This document shows, one piece after another, positions 7,365 through 14,229 of a stretch of DNA of 24,000 bases. Each line of letters opens with the position of its first letter. Within the stretch, counting starts at the first letter, position 1. A model generated the notes under the pieces. The model was not told the origin of the DNA and did not search any database. It was given only the letters and a program-made list of their open reading frames with translations. The position numbers and the translations under genes are program-made. The stretch is from Serratia phage 4S: the sequence record MW082584.1; one strand, 5' to 3'.

Positions 7365-8662
7365 TTACTCTGAATAAAGGCCAGGATATGGCCTTTGATG
7401 CTTTTAAGACTGCATTAAAAACTCCTGGTTCAAAAATCACTATCTCTGGCGCTGCTGGTACTGGTAAAACTACACTGACTAAGAAAATGCTCGCTCACTG
7501 TATCTCAGAGGGTATTTCTGGCGTTCAGTTGGCTGCACCCACCCACCAGGCTAAAAAGGTCCTAGCCGCTCTCTCAGGTGGTGAGGCTAATACAATTCAC
7601 AGTCTCATGAAGATTTCTCCGACTACATACGAAGAGAACCAAATCTTTGAGCAACGTGAAGTCCCTGATGTATCTAAGTGCCAAGTATTGATCTGCGATG
7701 AAGCATCAATGTATGATCGTAAGTTGTTCGATATTATTTTGAACACATTGCAGTCATGGTGCACAGTAGTAGGCATTGGCGATCTTTATCAGTTGCGGCC
7801 TGTTACACCTGGTGAATTTGAGCCTGAAATCAGTCGATTCTTTACCGACCAACGATTTAAGTTATTTGAACTCGATGAAGTAATGCGTTCGAATGCACCA
7901 ATCATTGAAGTCGCTACAGAAATTCGTGATGGCGCTTGGATTCGTCCACATGAAGTAAATGGTGAAGGCATATTCCAGTATCAAGGCGATGATGCAATTA
8001 AGAAATTCTTGACACATTATTTCAGAACAGTTAAAACTCGTGATGATATTTTCGAGAATCGTATTTTAGCTTTCACGAATAAGTCTGTTGACCAGCTGAA
8101 TAAGATTGTGCGTAAAAATATGTACAATACGACTGAAGCCTTTATCAAAGACGAAATCATCGTTATGCAAGAACCATTGATGGTACAACTGAAATTTGAA
8201 GGCAAAACCTTTAAAGAGATTATCTTCAACAATGGCGAACAGCTTCGAGTAGATGCAGTTAATGAAGCAACATTGCCTATTACCTGTCGTAATGTTGGGT
8301 CAATCAATATCCAATATTATAAGCTCAGAGTAACGAGTATTGACGAGCCTGATACAAGCGAGTTCATCAATGTTATTGCTGACCCCGATCAGCGTACTCG
8401 TTTCGAAATGTTTTTAGGTAAAGCCGCAGGTGTTTACAAATCAGGTCAAGGTAAAGCATATTGGGCTGATTTCTGGGACGCTAAGAATAAATTTGTTAAA
8501 GTAAAAGCTCTGCCGGCTTGTACTATTCACAAGTCACAAGGTATGTCTATGGACAACACGTTCTTGTACACACCTTGTATTCATAGCTCTGATGCTGAAA
8601 TGGCACAACAGCTTTTATATGTTGGCACTACTCGTGCTCGTAAAAATGTTCATTATGTGTGA
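7361..8662 (+). CDS. dda: SF1B DNA helicase Dda
   Basis: GAAGTGKTTLTKKML, QLAAPTHQAKKVLAALSGG, NTIHSLMKISPTTYEEN, LICDEASMYDRKLFD, VVGIGDLYQLRPV, KALPACTIHKSQGMSMDNTFLYTPCIH, QQLLYVGTTRAR. Confidence 0.96.
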   Translation: MITLNKGQDMAFDAFKTALKTPGSKITISGAAGTGKTTLTKKMLAHCISEGISGVQLAAPTHQAKKVLAALSGGEANTIHSLMKISPTTYEENQIFEQREVPDVSKCQVLICDEASMYDRKLFDIILNTLQSWCTVVGIGDLYQLRPVTPGEFEPEISRFFTDQRFKLFELDEVMRSNAPIIEVATEIRDGAWIRPHEVNGEGIFQYQGDDAIKKFLTHYFRTVKTRDDIFENRILAFTNKSVDQLNKIVRKNMYNTTEAFIKDEIIVMQEPLMVQLKFEGKTFKEIIFNNGEQLRVDAVNEATLPITCRNVGSINIQYYKLRVTSIDEPDTSEFINVIADPDQRTRFEMFLGKAAGVYKSGQGKAYWADFWDAKNKFVKVKALPACTIHKSQGMSMDNTFLYTPCIHSSDAEMAQQLLYVGTTRARKNVHYV

Positions 8663-8668
8663 GGCTAT

Positions 8669-8908
8669 ATGATTAAAATTTCTTTTAGTGATGCTGAAGC
8701 TTTGTCCAATCGATACAAAGAATGGGCCGGCGAGAACCTGGTCAATCGTCAATTAGGCAAATCAGCGCCTCATGATGATTATCATATGCAAATTATGTAT
8801 AGTATTTCTGAATATATGGCCCACCATTTGAAGGTTGCTGTATTCTTTAATCGTGATATTATCATTGTATCTGATGAAATGGTAACTAAACTGAGTAAGG
8901 TCCTATGA
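8669..8908 (+). CDS. Hypothetical protein (79 aa)
   Basis: MIKISFSDAEALSNRYKEWAGENLVNRQLGKSAPHDDYHMQIMYSISEYMAHHLKVAVFFNRDIIIVSDEMVTKLSKVL; ATGA overlap with dexA. Confidence 0.8.
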   Translation: MIKISFSDAEALSNRYKEWAGENLVNRQLGKSAPHDDYHMQIMYSISEYMAHHLKVAVFFNRDIIIVSDEMVTKLSKVL

Positions 8909-9588
8909 TCGATTATATTATTGACTTTGAAACCTTCGATAACAAATCATCAGCCACGGTCATTGACCTGGCTGTAATCGCTTTCGAAGCAGATCCAACT
9001 ATCGTCGAAACTTTTGAACAACTGGTTCAACGTGGTAAGCGTATCAAGTTTAGCCTTGAATCACAGAAAGGTGTTCGTTCTGTTTCTGCTGGCACTATTA
9101 AGTGGTGGAAAGAGCAAGGCGAAGAAGCTAAGAAAAACTTGGTTAAAAGCGCAGCAGATGTAGACGTTTATACTGGGATTCAACAAGCTCTAGATTACAT
9201 CAAAGAACAGGGTGTAGATCCATGGAAATCTCAGGCCTGGTGCCGTGGTATGTCATTTGACTTCCCAATCTTTAATAATATTTTGTTTGAACGTGAAGTT
9301 AAAAATGGCACGCCAGCTAAAGATGTCGATTTGTTCAATATCGAACCAGCTAAATTCTGGAACCAACGTGATATTCGTACAGCAATTGAATGCTATTCGT
9401 TGGTACGTGGATTAACTACTACTCCACTGCCTAAAGGGACTTTAAATGGCTTTGTTGCACATGACTCAGTTCATGATTGTGCCAAGGATATCCTTATGTT
9501 AAAATATGCTCAGCGCTATGCTCTTGGCTTAGATGAATGCCCTGAAGAAGCAGATGCTGATCCTCTTTCTTTGTCTAAAACCCGTTAA
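8905..9588 (+). CDS. dexA: DexA 3'-5' exonuclease (RNase H-like/DnaQ fold)
   Basis: DYIIDFETFDNKSSATVIDLAVIAFEADP, DPWKSQAWCRGMSFDFPIFNNI, EPAKFWNQRDIRT, PLPKGTLNGFVAHDSVHDCAKDILMLKYAQRYALGLDECPEE. Confidence 0.95.
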   Translation: MIDYIIDFETFDNKSSATVIDLAVIAFEADPTIVETFEQLVQRGKRIKFSLESQKGVRSVSAGTIKWWKEQGEEAKKNLVKSAADVDVYTGIQQALDYIKEQGVDPWKSQAWCRGMSFDFPIFNNILFEREVKNGTPAKDVDLFNIEPAKFWNQRDIRTAIECYSLVRGLTTTPLPKGTLNGFVAHDSVHDCAKDILMLKYAQRYALGLDECPEEADADPLSLSKTR

Positions 9589-9597
9589 GGTAAAATT

Positions 9598-10029
9598 ATG
9601 AATATTGGTCAAACTGTTGTTGTGGATATTAATAGCCGGTCTCAACATGCTGGACAGAATGGTACTATTGTTAGCTTTGCTCGTTTCAAGTATCCTGCAT
9701 ATGTTGCTACTGCAGCTATGGTGGATTTCGGCGGTGTAATTCGTGAAATCGCTTTTAGTCAACTGAGTGTCGTTAAAGATCCAGTTGCTAATCCGCTCAA
9801 ACCTAAGTACAATCATCATCTGGAAGGCAAAGCTGTTTGCGTTCCTTATAGCTATCGTCCGGGTAAGTATGGTATGCCAAGTACCTTCTGGGGACTGTGT
9901 ACACTAGTTTACTGGGAAGACTCCGAGGTTATTGCTAACGTAGTAGCTTTTGGTGAACACTTCGAAGTTAAAATCGATGACATCCAGGATTCTCGTGACT
10001 GGAAAGATGCCAACGTAGGTACTGTGTAA
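9598..10029 (+). CDS. Hypothetical protein (143 aa)
   Basis: MNIGQTVVVDINSRSQHAGQNGTIVSFARFKYPAYVATAAMVDFGGVIREIAFSQLSVV; KOW-like beta pattern is only a suggestion. Confidence 0.8.
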   Translation: MNIGQTVVVDINSRSQHAGQNGTIVSFARFKYPAYVATAAMVDFGGVIREIAFSQLSVVKDPVANPLKPKYNHHLEGKAVCVPYSYRPGKYGMPSTFWGLCTLVYWEDSEVIANVVAFGEHFEVKIDDIQDSRDWKDANVGTV

Positions 10030-10037
10030 TTTAGCTG

Positions 10038-10066
10038 TTTACATTGGTGTAGGGTCATGTTACTAT
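10038..10066 (+). promoter_or_regulatory. Sigma70/early-type promoter TTTACA-N17-TACTAT
   Basis: TTTACA 10038-10043, TACTAT 10061-10066, TGt extended -10, intergenic. Confidence 0.8.
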
Positions 10067-10093
10067 GTTCCTACACCAACTGAGGAGTTTAAA

Positions 10094-10315
10094 ATGAAAA
10101 CTGTAGCTACTACTTCAACTCGTGAAGCATTCGAAGATGTTCTGTACAACCCTGAACTGGTAGTTGTGCAAAAGGATTGGTCTGATCATCTGAGTCATAC
10201 TCAAGTGGCTTATGTCTTTGCCAATGTCAACGACAAAGAACCTATTTACGCTATGTTCCGCGAAGTTACTGAGCATGGTACTGATTACTGGAAAGAAGTT
10301 TACTCCGAGGAATAA
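10094..10315 (+). CDS. Hypothetical protein (73 aa)
   Basis: CTGAGGAGTTTAAA-ATG; MKTVATTSTREAFEDVLYNPELVVVQKDWSDHLSHTQVAYVFANVNDKEPIYAMFREV. Confidence 0.8.
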   Translation: MKTVATTSTREAFEDVLYNPELVVVQKDWSDHLSHTQVAYVFANVNDKEPIYAMFREVTEHGTDYWKEVYSEE

Positions 10316-10316
10316 T

Positions 10317-10490
10317 ATGCCTACGTATTCTTACAACTGCCCTAAAGACGGTCAGTTTGATGCAATGAAGAAAATCTCTGAGCGCCAAGAAGCCCAATGT
10401 CCTAAGTGCGGTGAGAAATGTCAACAAGGCGTGACTGCCCCACGTAGCATTCATGGCGGTTTTTACGATACAGTTTCAAAGGTGCGATAA
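10317..10490 (+). CDS. FmdB-like zinc-ribbon protein (57 aa)
   Basis: MPTYSYNCPKDGQFDAMKKISERQEAQCPKCGEKCQQGVTAPRSIHGGFY; MPtYxYxCp opening and CPKCG knuckle. ATG 10317 preceded by GAGG. Confidence 0.8.
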   Translation: MPTYSYNCPKDGQFDAMKKISERQEAQCPKCGEKCQQGVTAPRSIHGGFYDTVSKVR

Positions 10491-10819
10491 TGAACACTAT
10501 TAATCTCGATACAATCTTAGATGTATCTGAAGATGCTCCTATTCGTGGTCGTCACCAGGTTCTGGCTAATTTGATGGAAGAAGTTGGCGAGTTAGCAGTG
10601 TGCATTAATCGCCCTTATAAAGCTACTGAACCTTTGATCGGCGAAGCAGCAGATGTTATTAACTGTGTAATAGACATCATCTGGCTGGATTATATCCATT
10701 CTTATGAAGCTGATGGTCGTACTTACGAAGAAGCTCGCTTTGATATTGCATATGCTCTCAAAGAACAACTTGAAAAGAAATGTGCTAAATGGCGCAAGTC
10801 TTTTGAGGAACCAAAATGA
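10490..10819 (+). CDS. MazG-like nucleotide pyrophosphohydrolase domain protein (109 aa)
   Basis: NLMEEVGELAVCINRP...LIGEAADVINCVIDIIW: EExGE and ExxD arrangement of the all-alpha NTP-PPase family. Confidence 0.8.
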   Translation: MNTINLDTILDVSEDAPIRGRHQVLANLMEEVGELAVCINRPYKATEPLIGEAADVINCVIDIIWLDYIHSYEADGRTYEEARFDIAYALKEQLEKKCAKWRKSFEEPK

Positions 10820-11067
10820 AAAAGATTATTGCAGCAGTAGTTATGGTATTTTCTCTGACAGCTTGTACTGACGCAGATAATGCTACTCGTCTGTTGGAAG
10901 CAAATGGCTTCGATAATATCGAAATCACTGGGTACGACTGGTTCGGTTGCAGTGAAGATGATTTCCAGCACACAGGTTTTAAAGCCCAAGGTCCTACTGG
11001 TAAAGAAGTTAAAGGTACCGTTTGCTCAGGCATTTGGTTCAAGAACAGCACAATCAGATTTCAATAA
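10816..11067 (+). CDS. Small predicted lipoprotein (83 aa)
   Basis: MKKIIAAVVMVFSLTAC lipobox signal peptide, then TDADNATRLLEANGFDNIEITGYDWFGCSEDDFQHTGFKAQGPTGKEVKGTVCSGIWFKNSTIRF. Confidence 0.85.
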   Translation: MKKIIAAVVMVFSLTACTDADNATRLLEANGFDNIEITGYDWFGCSEDDFQHTGFKAQGPTGKEVKGTVCSGIWFKNSTIRFQ

Positions 11068-11084
11068 TCACTAAATATTTGAAT

Positions 11085-11107
11085 AAAGGAGCCTAGTGCT
11101 CCTTTTT
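11085..11107 (+). terminator. Intrinsic terminator AAAGGAGC-CTAGT-GCTCCTTTTT
   Basis: 8-bp stem plus T run in the intergenic space upstream of gene 39. Confidence 0.85.
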
Positions 11108-11131
11108 GCTTTTAGAGTTATGGGATAATAT
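11107..11131 (+). promoter_or_regulatory. MotA-dependent middle promoter (TGCTTTT-N12-TAATAT)
   Basis: MotA box-like TGCTTTT 11107-11113, 12-nt spacer, TAATAT 11126-11131; upstream of the gene 39 homologue at 11156. Confidence 0.7.
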
Positions 11132-11155
11132 CTTCCTACTACATGAGGAAATAAT

Positions 11156-12979
11156 ATGATTAAGAACGAAATTAAAGTACTATCTGACGTTGAGCATATC
11201 AAAAAGCGTAGTGGGATGTATATTGGTTCCAGTGCCAATGAAGCTCACGAACGATTCTTATTTGGCGAATACAAATCAGTTCAATATGTTCCTGGTCTGG
11301 TAAAGCTTATTGACGAAATCATTGATAACTCAGTGGATGAAGCAATTCGTACTAGCTTTAAGTTTGCCAATAAAATTGATGTTCAAATTAAAGGCAATAG
11401 CGTCACTGTGACTGATAATGGCCGTGGTATCCCACAGGCTATGGTCACCGATCAAAATGGTGAACAAATTCCAGGACCAGTTGCTGCATGGACTATTCCA
11501 AAAGCAGGTGGTAACTTCGGAGACGACGCTGAGCGTAAGACAGGTGGTATGAATGGTGTCGGCAGTAGTTTAACCAACATCTTCTCTGTTTTGTTCACAG
11601 GCATCACCTCAGATGGCGAGAATGAGATTAAAGTCACTTGTTCAAATGGCATGGAAAATAAAGGTTGGACATCTAAGAAATCCAACTACAAAGGTACATC
11701 AGTGTCCTTTACTCCAGACTTTGAACATTTTGAAACTAATAATCTTGATGAGATTTATCATGATATTACATTGGATCGTCTTCAGACTCTGGCAGTAGTT
11801 TATCCAGATATCCAATTTAGTTTCAACGGCAAAAAAGTTGATGGCAACTTCAAGAAGTTCTCGAAGCAATTCGGTGAAAATGTTGTTATCCATGAGACAA
11901 ATAATGTGTCAATGGCCTTTGCTACAAGTCCAGACGGATTCCGTCATTTGACGTATGTTAACAACATCCATACTAAGAATGGTGGTCATCATGTTGAATG
12001 TGTGTTTGATGATATCTGTGAGCACCTTTTGCCTGGTATCAAGAAGAAATATAAAGGTATTGAAGTTTCAAAAGCACGTGTAAAAGAATGTCTGACTATG
12101 TTGATGTTCATCCGTGATATGTCTAACATGCGTTTTGATTCTCAGACCAAAGAACGATTGACTTCTCCATTCGGTGAAATTCGTAATCATATCCAAATTG
12201 ATGCGAAGAAAATCTGTCAACAGATCCTGAAAGAAGAAGGGCTGATTATGCCTATCGTTGAAGCAGCACTGGCTCGTAAGCTAGCTGCAGAAGCGGCAGA
12301 AGCAACTAAGGCAGCTAAGAAAGCAGCAAAAGCTAAAGTTGAAAAACATATTAAAGCACAAGGCATCGGCAAAGTAGAAACCACTCTGTTCCTGACAGAA
12401 GGTGATTCTGCAATGGGTCCATTGATCAACGTTCGAAATCAACAAGCACATGGCGGATATGCTCTACGTGGTAAGTTCATTAACACATGGGGTATGTCAG
12501 CAAATGAAATCCTGAAGAACAAAGAAGCATTTGATATTTGTGCTATCACTGGATTGACTATTGGTGAAAAACCTGTCGACTTACAGTACACGAACATTGG
12601 TATCATGACTGATGCTGACGTTGACGGCGTAGGTTCTATTTTCCCTAGTCTCTTAGGTTTCTTCAGTAATTGGCCTGAACTGTTCGAACAAGGTCGTATT
12701 AGATTCGTTAAAACCCCTCTGGTTATCCTAGAGAAACCGAAGAAAGACCCGATATGGTTTTATGACATGGCTTCATATGACCCACAGCGTGAATCTCTGG
12801 AAGCTCAGGGCTATAAACTGCGGTACATCAAAGGTCTAGGTTCACTTCGTGAAGAAGAATATGAGCGTGTAATCAATGACCCAGTGTATGATGTTGTACG
12901 TCTGCCTGAAAACTGGAAAGAACTGTTCGAAGTAATCCTGGGTGAAGACTCAAGCTTACGTAAAGAATGGATGTCTTAA
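11156..12979 (+). CDS. 39: Type II DNA topoisomerase large subunit, fused T4 gp39 + gp60 equivalents (607 aa)
   Basis: GHKL N-terminus LSDVEHIKKRSGMYIGSSANEAHERFLFGEYKSVQYVPGLVKLIDEIIDNSVDEAI; TOPRIM halves TTLFLTEGDSAMG and IMTDADVDGVGSIFPSLLGFFSNWPELFEQGRIRFVKTP; ends IRYIKGLGSLREEEYE...LPENWKELFEVILGEDSSLRKEWMS. Confidence 0.96.
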   Translation: MIKNEIKVLSDVEHIKKRSGMYIGSSANEAHERFLFGEYKSVQYVPGLVKLIDEIIDNSVDEAIRTSFKFANKIDVQIKGNSVTVTDNGRGIPQAMVTDQNGEQIPGPVAAWTIPKAGGNFGDDAERKTGGMNGVGSSLTNIFSVLFTGITSDGENEIKVTCSNGMENKGWTSKKSNYKGTSVSFTPDFEHFETNNLDEIYHDITLDRLQTLAVVYPDIQFSFNGKKVDGNFKKFSKQFGENVVIHETNNVSMAFATSPDGFRHLTYVNNIHTKNGGHHVECVFDDICEHLLPGIKKKYKGIEVSKARVKECLTMLMFIRDMSNMRFDSQTKERLTSPFGEIRNHIQIDAKKICQQILKEEGLIMPIVEAALARKLAAEAAEATKAAKKAAKAKVEKHIKAQGIGKVETTLFLTEGDSAMGPLINVRNQQAHGGYALRGKFINTWGMSANEILKNKEAFDICAITGLTIGEKPVDLQYTNIGIMTDADVDGVGSIFPSLLGFFSNWPELFEQGRIRFVKTPLVILEKPKKDPIWFYDMASYDPQRESLEAQGYKLRYIKGLGSLREEEYERVINDPVYDVVRLPENWKELFEVILGEDSSLRKEWMS

Positions 12980-12980
12980 T

Positions 12981-13002
12981 AAAGGGAGCTTCGGCTCCCT
13001 TT
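12981..13002 (+). terminator. Intrinsic-terminator-like hairpin AAAGGGAGC-TTCG-GCTCCCTTT
   Basis: 9-bp perfect stem with UUCG loop immediately after the gene 39 stop. Confidence 0.75.
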
Positions 13003-13007
13003 CGGGG

Positions 13008-13036
13008 TTTACAAACACCTTAGACCATGATACTAT
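13008..13036 (+). promoter_or_regulatory. Sigma70/early-type promoter TTTACA-N17-TACTAT
   Basis: TTTACA 13008-13013, TACTAT 13031-13036, TGa extended -10. Confidence 0.8.
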
Positions 13037-13064
13037 AGCTCTACCAACATATGAGGATTAAATT

Positions 13065-13535
13065 ATGATTTACCGTGTAGAGCTGGGTTATAGTACTTTC
13101 GATGGCTACATTAAAACGGATGACGGCCACGAGATCTGTGGTCAATCAACTCGCATCGGCCCATATAACTGGAACCGTTCTGATGACCCCAGAGTTCAGC
13201 TATGGATGCATCAAAATGGTTGGGAACACTTCCGTCATGCTACGGGTTATGTAGATGCTCGGCATCCTACTGTTCGTGAAGACTATCAACTGGTTCATGC
13301 ATTAGAAGCAGCAGGGATCAATGCCGAATGGGGCTGGGAAGGCCATTTTATGTTTGGGTTTGAGACCCTTGAAGCTTTGAAACTCTGGTTTGATGCTGCC
13401 GATCGAGAACAATTAGGCAACACTGGTTTTGTAGTATCGGTATATGAAGGCGGACAAGAGGTTCATGGTAGCAAACAATCTCTGTTCAGCAAAGATGCAA
13501 CTTTGAAAGAAATCCTTTACTTTGGAGACATATAA
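13065..13535 (+). CDS. Hypothetical protein (156 aa)
   Basis: ATGAGGATTAAATT-ATG; MIYRVELGYSTFDGYIKTDDGHEICGQSTRIGPYNWNRSDDPRVQLWMHQNGWEHFRHATGY. Confidence 0.85.
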   Translation: MIYRVELGYSTFDGYIKTDDGHEICGQSTRIGPYNWNRSDDPRVQLWMHQNGWEHFRHATGYVDARHPTVREDYQLVHALEAAGINAEWGWEGHFMFGFETLEALKLWFDAADREQLGNTGFVVSVYEGGQEVHGSKQSLFSKDATLKEILYFGDI

Positions 13536-13984
13536 TGTATATTAGCAACGGTATTAAAACTTTTAGCTCTAAAAACTCTGTTCACAAACGTGCTGCAGAG
13601 AAAATGGTTCGTGCATTCGCCGCGATGCTGGATCATCCGATCTACACGGATTATTTCAACCTGCATGTGTATCGGAACTCTAATGTAGTTCGCGTAGCTC
13701 TGCGTCTACAGGACAATGAGAACATCAATGCCATCGAGTTTAATATCACTGAAGATCGTGAAGAACTTGTTGCCCTGGTCAGTTATATGATGAGCATTCA
13801 AAAAGCTCTGGTTCATTGTATGCCTCATGCGGCCGAATATACTTTTGACGCTTTACAATCTGTTGCTAACAGTGTTACTCAGGAACTCTGGGACCGTCGT
13901 TTTGTAGTGTTGACTCGTAAGCAACAAATTCGTGTGAACGATGTTGTTAATTCTGTGGTAAATTACCTGAAGGTATCCCAATGA
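13535..13984 (+). CDS. Hypothetical protein (149 aa)
   Basis: MYISNGIKTFSSKNSVHKRAAEKMVRAFAAMLDHPIYTDYFNLHVYRNSNVVRVALRL; coupled to both neighbours by overlaps. Confidence 0.85.
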   Translation: MYISNGIKTFSSKNSVHKRAAEKMVRAFAAMLDHPIYTDYFNLHVYRNSNVVRVALRLQDNENINAIEFNITEDREELVALVSYMMSIQKALVHCMPHAAEYTFDALQSVANSVTQELWDRRFVVLTRKQQIRVNDVVNSVVNYLKVSQ

Positions 13985-14229
13985 CTAAAGCCGTTTTAGA
14001 TGCGGCTCTTGAAACTCTATTGGCGACTGAACGTCGCCTTTTGGGTAAGTTTATGGATTATACCCACGAAGAGATCAAAGAAGCTGCCGATGAAATTAAA
14101 TCATTGTATGCTAAAGTTGGTACAAATGCTTTAACGAATGATGATTATAATACACTTCGAACTATGCTTGGTTTTTATAACAAGGATATTAATGATATGA
14201 CATACGATGAAATGAGGTATTTGAGTTGA
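13981..14229 (+). CDS. Hypothetical protein (82 aa)
   Basis: ATGA overlap; MTKAVLDAALETLLATERRLLGKFMDYTHEEIKEAADEIKSLYAKVGTNALTNDDYNTLRTMLGFYNKDINDMTYDEMRYLS. Confidence 0.75.
   Translation: MTKAVLDAALETLLATERRLLGKFMDYTHEEIKEAADEIKSLYAKVGTNALTNDDYNTLRTMLGFYNKDINDMTYDEMRYLS
14127..14151 (+). promoter_or_regulatory. MotA-dependent middle promoter for rIIA (TGCTTTA-N12-TATAAT)
   Basis: Exact TGCTTTA 14127-14133 preceded by AA, 12-nt spacer, exact TATAAT 14146-14151; inside the ORF ending 14229, about 75 nt before the rIIA start. Confidence 0.75.

Noticed and set aside
7397-7425. TGCTTTT in dda as a MotA box
   Set aside because: The downstream hexamer AAAACT is not a -10 and there is no adjacent gene start.
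12270-12345. Ala/Lys-rich repeat-like stretch in gene 39 (RKLAAEAAEATKAAKKAAKAKVEKH)
   Set aside because: A similar Ala/Lys-rich helix occurs at this position in T4 gp39, so it is not a new repeat element.
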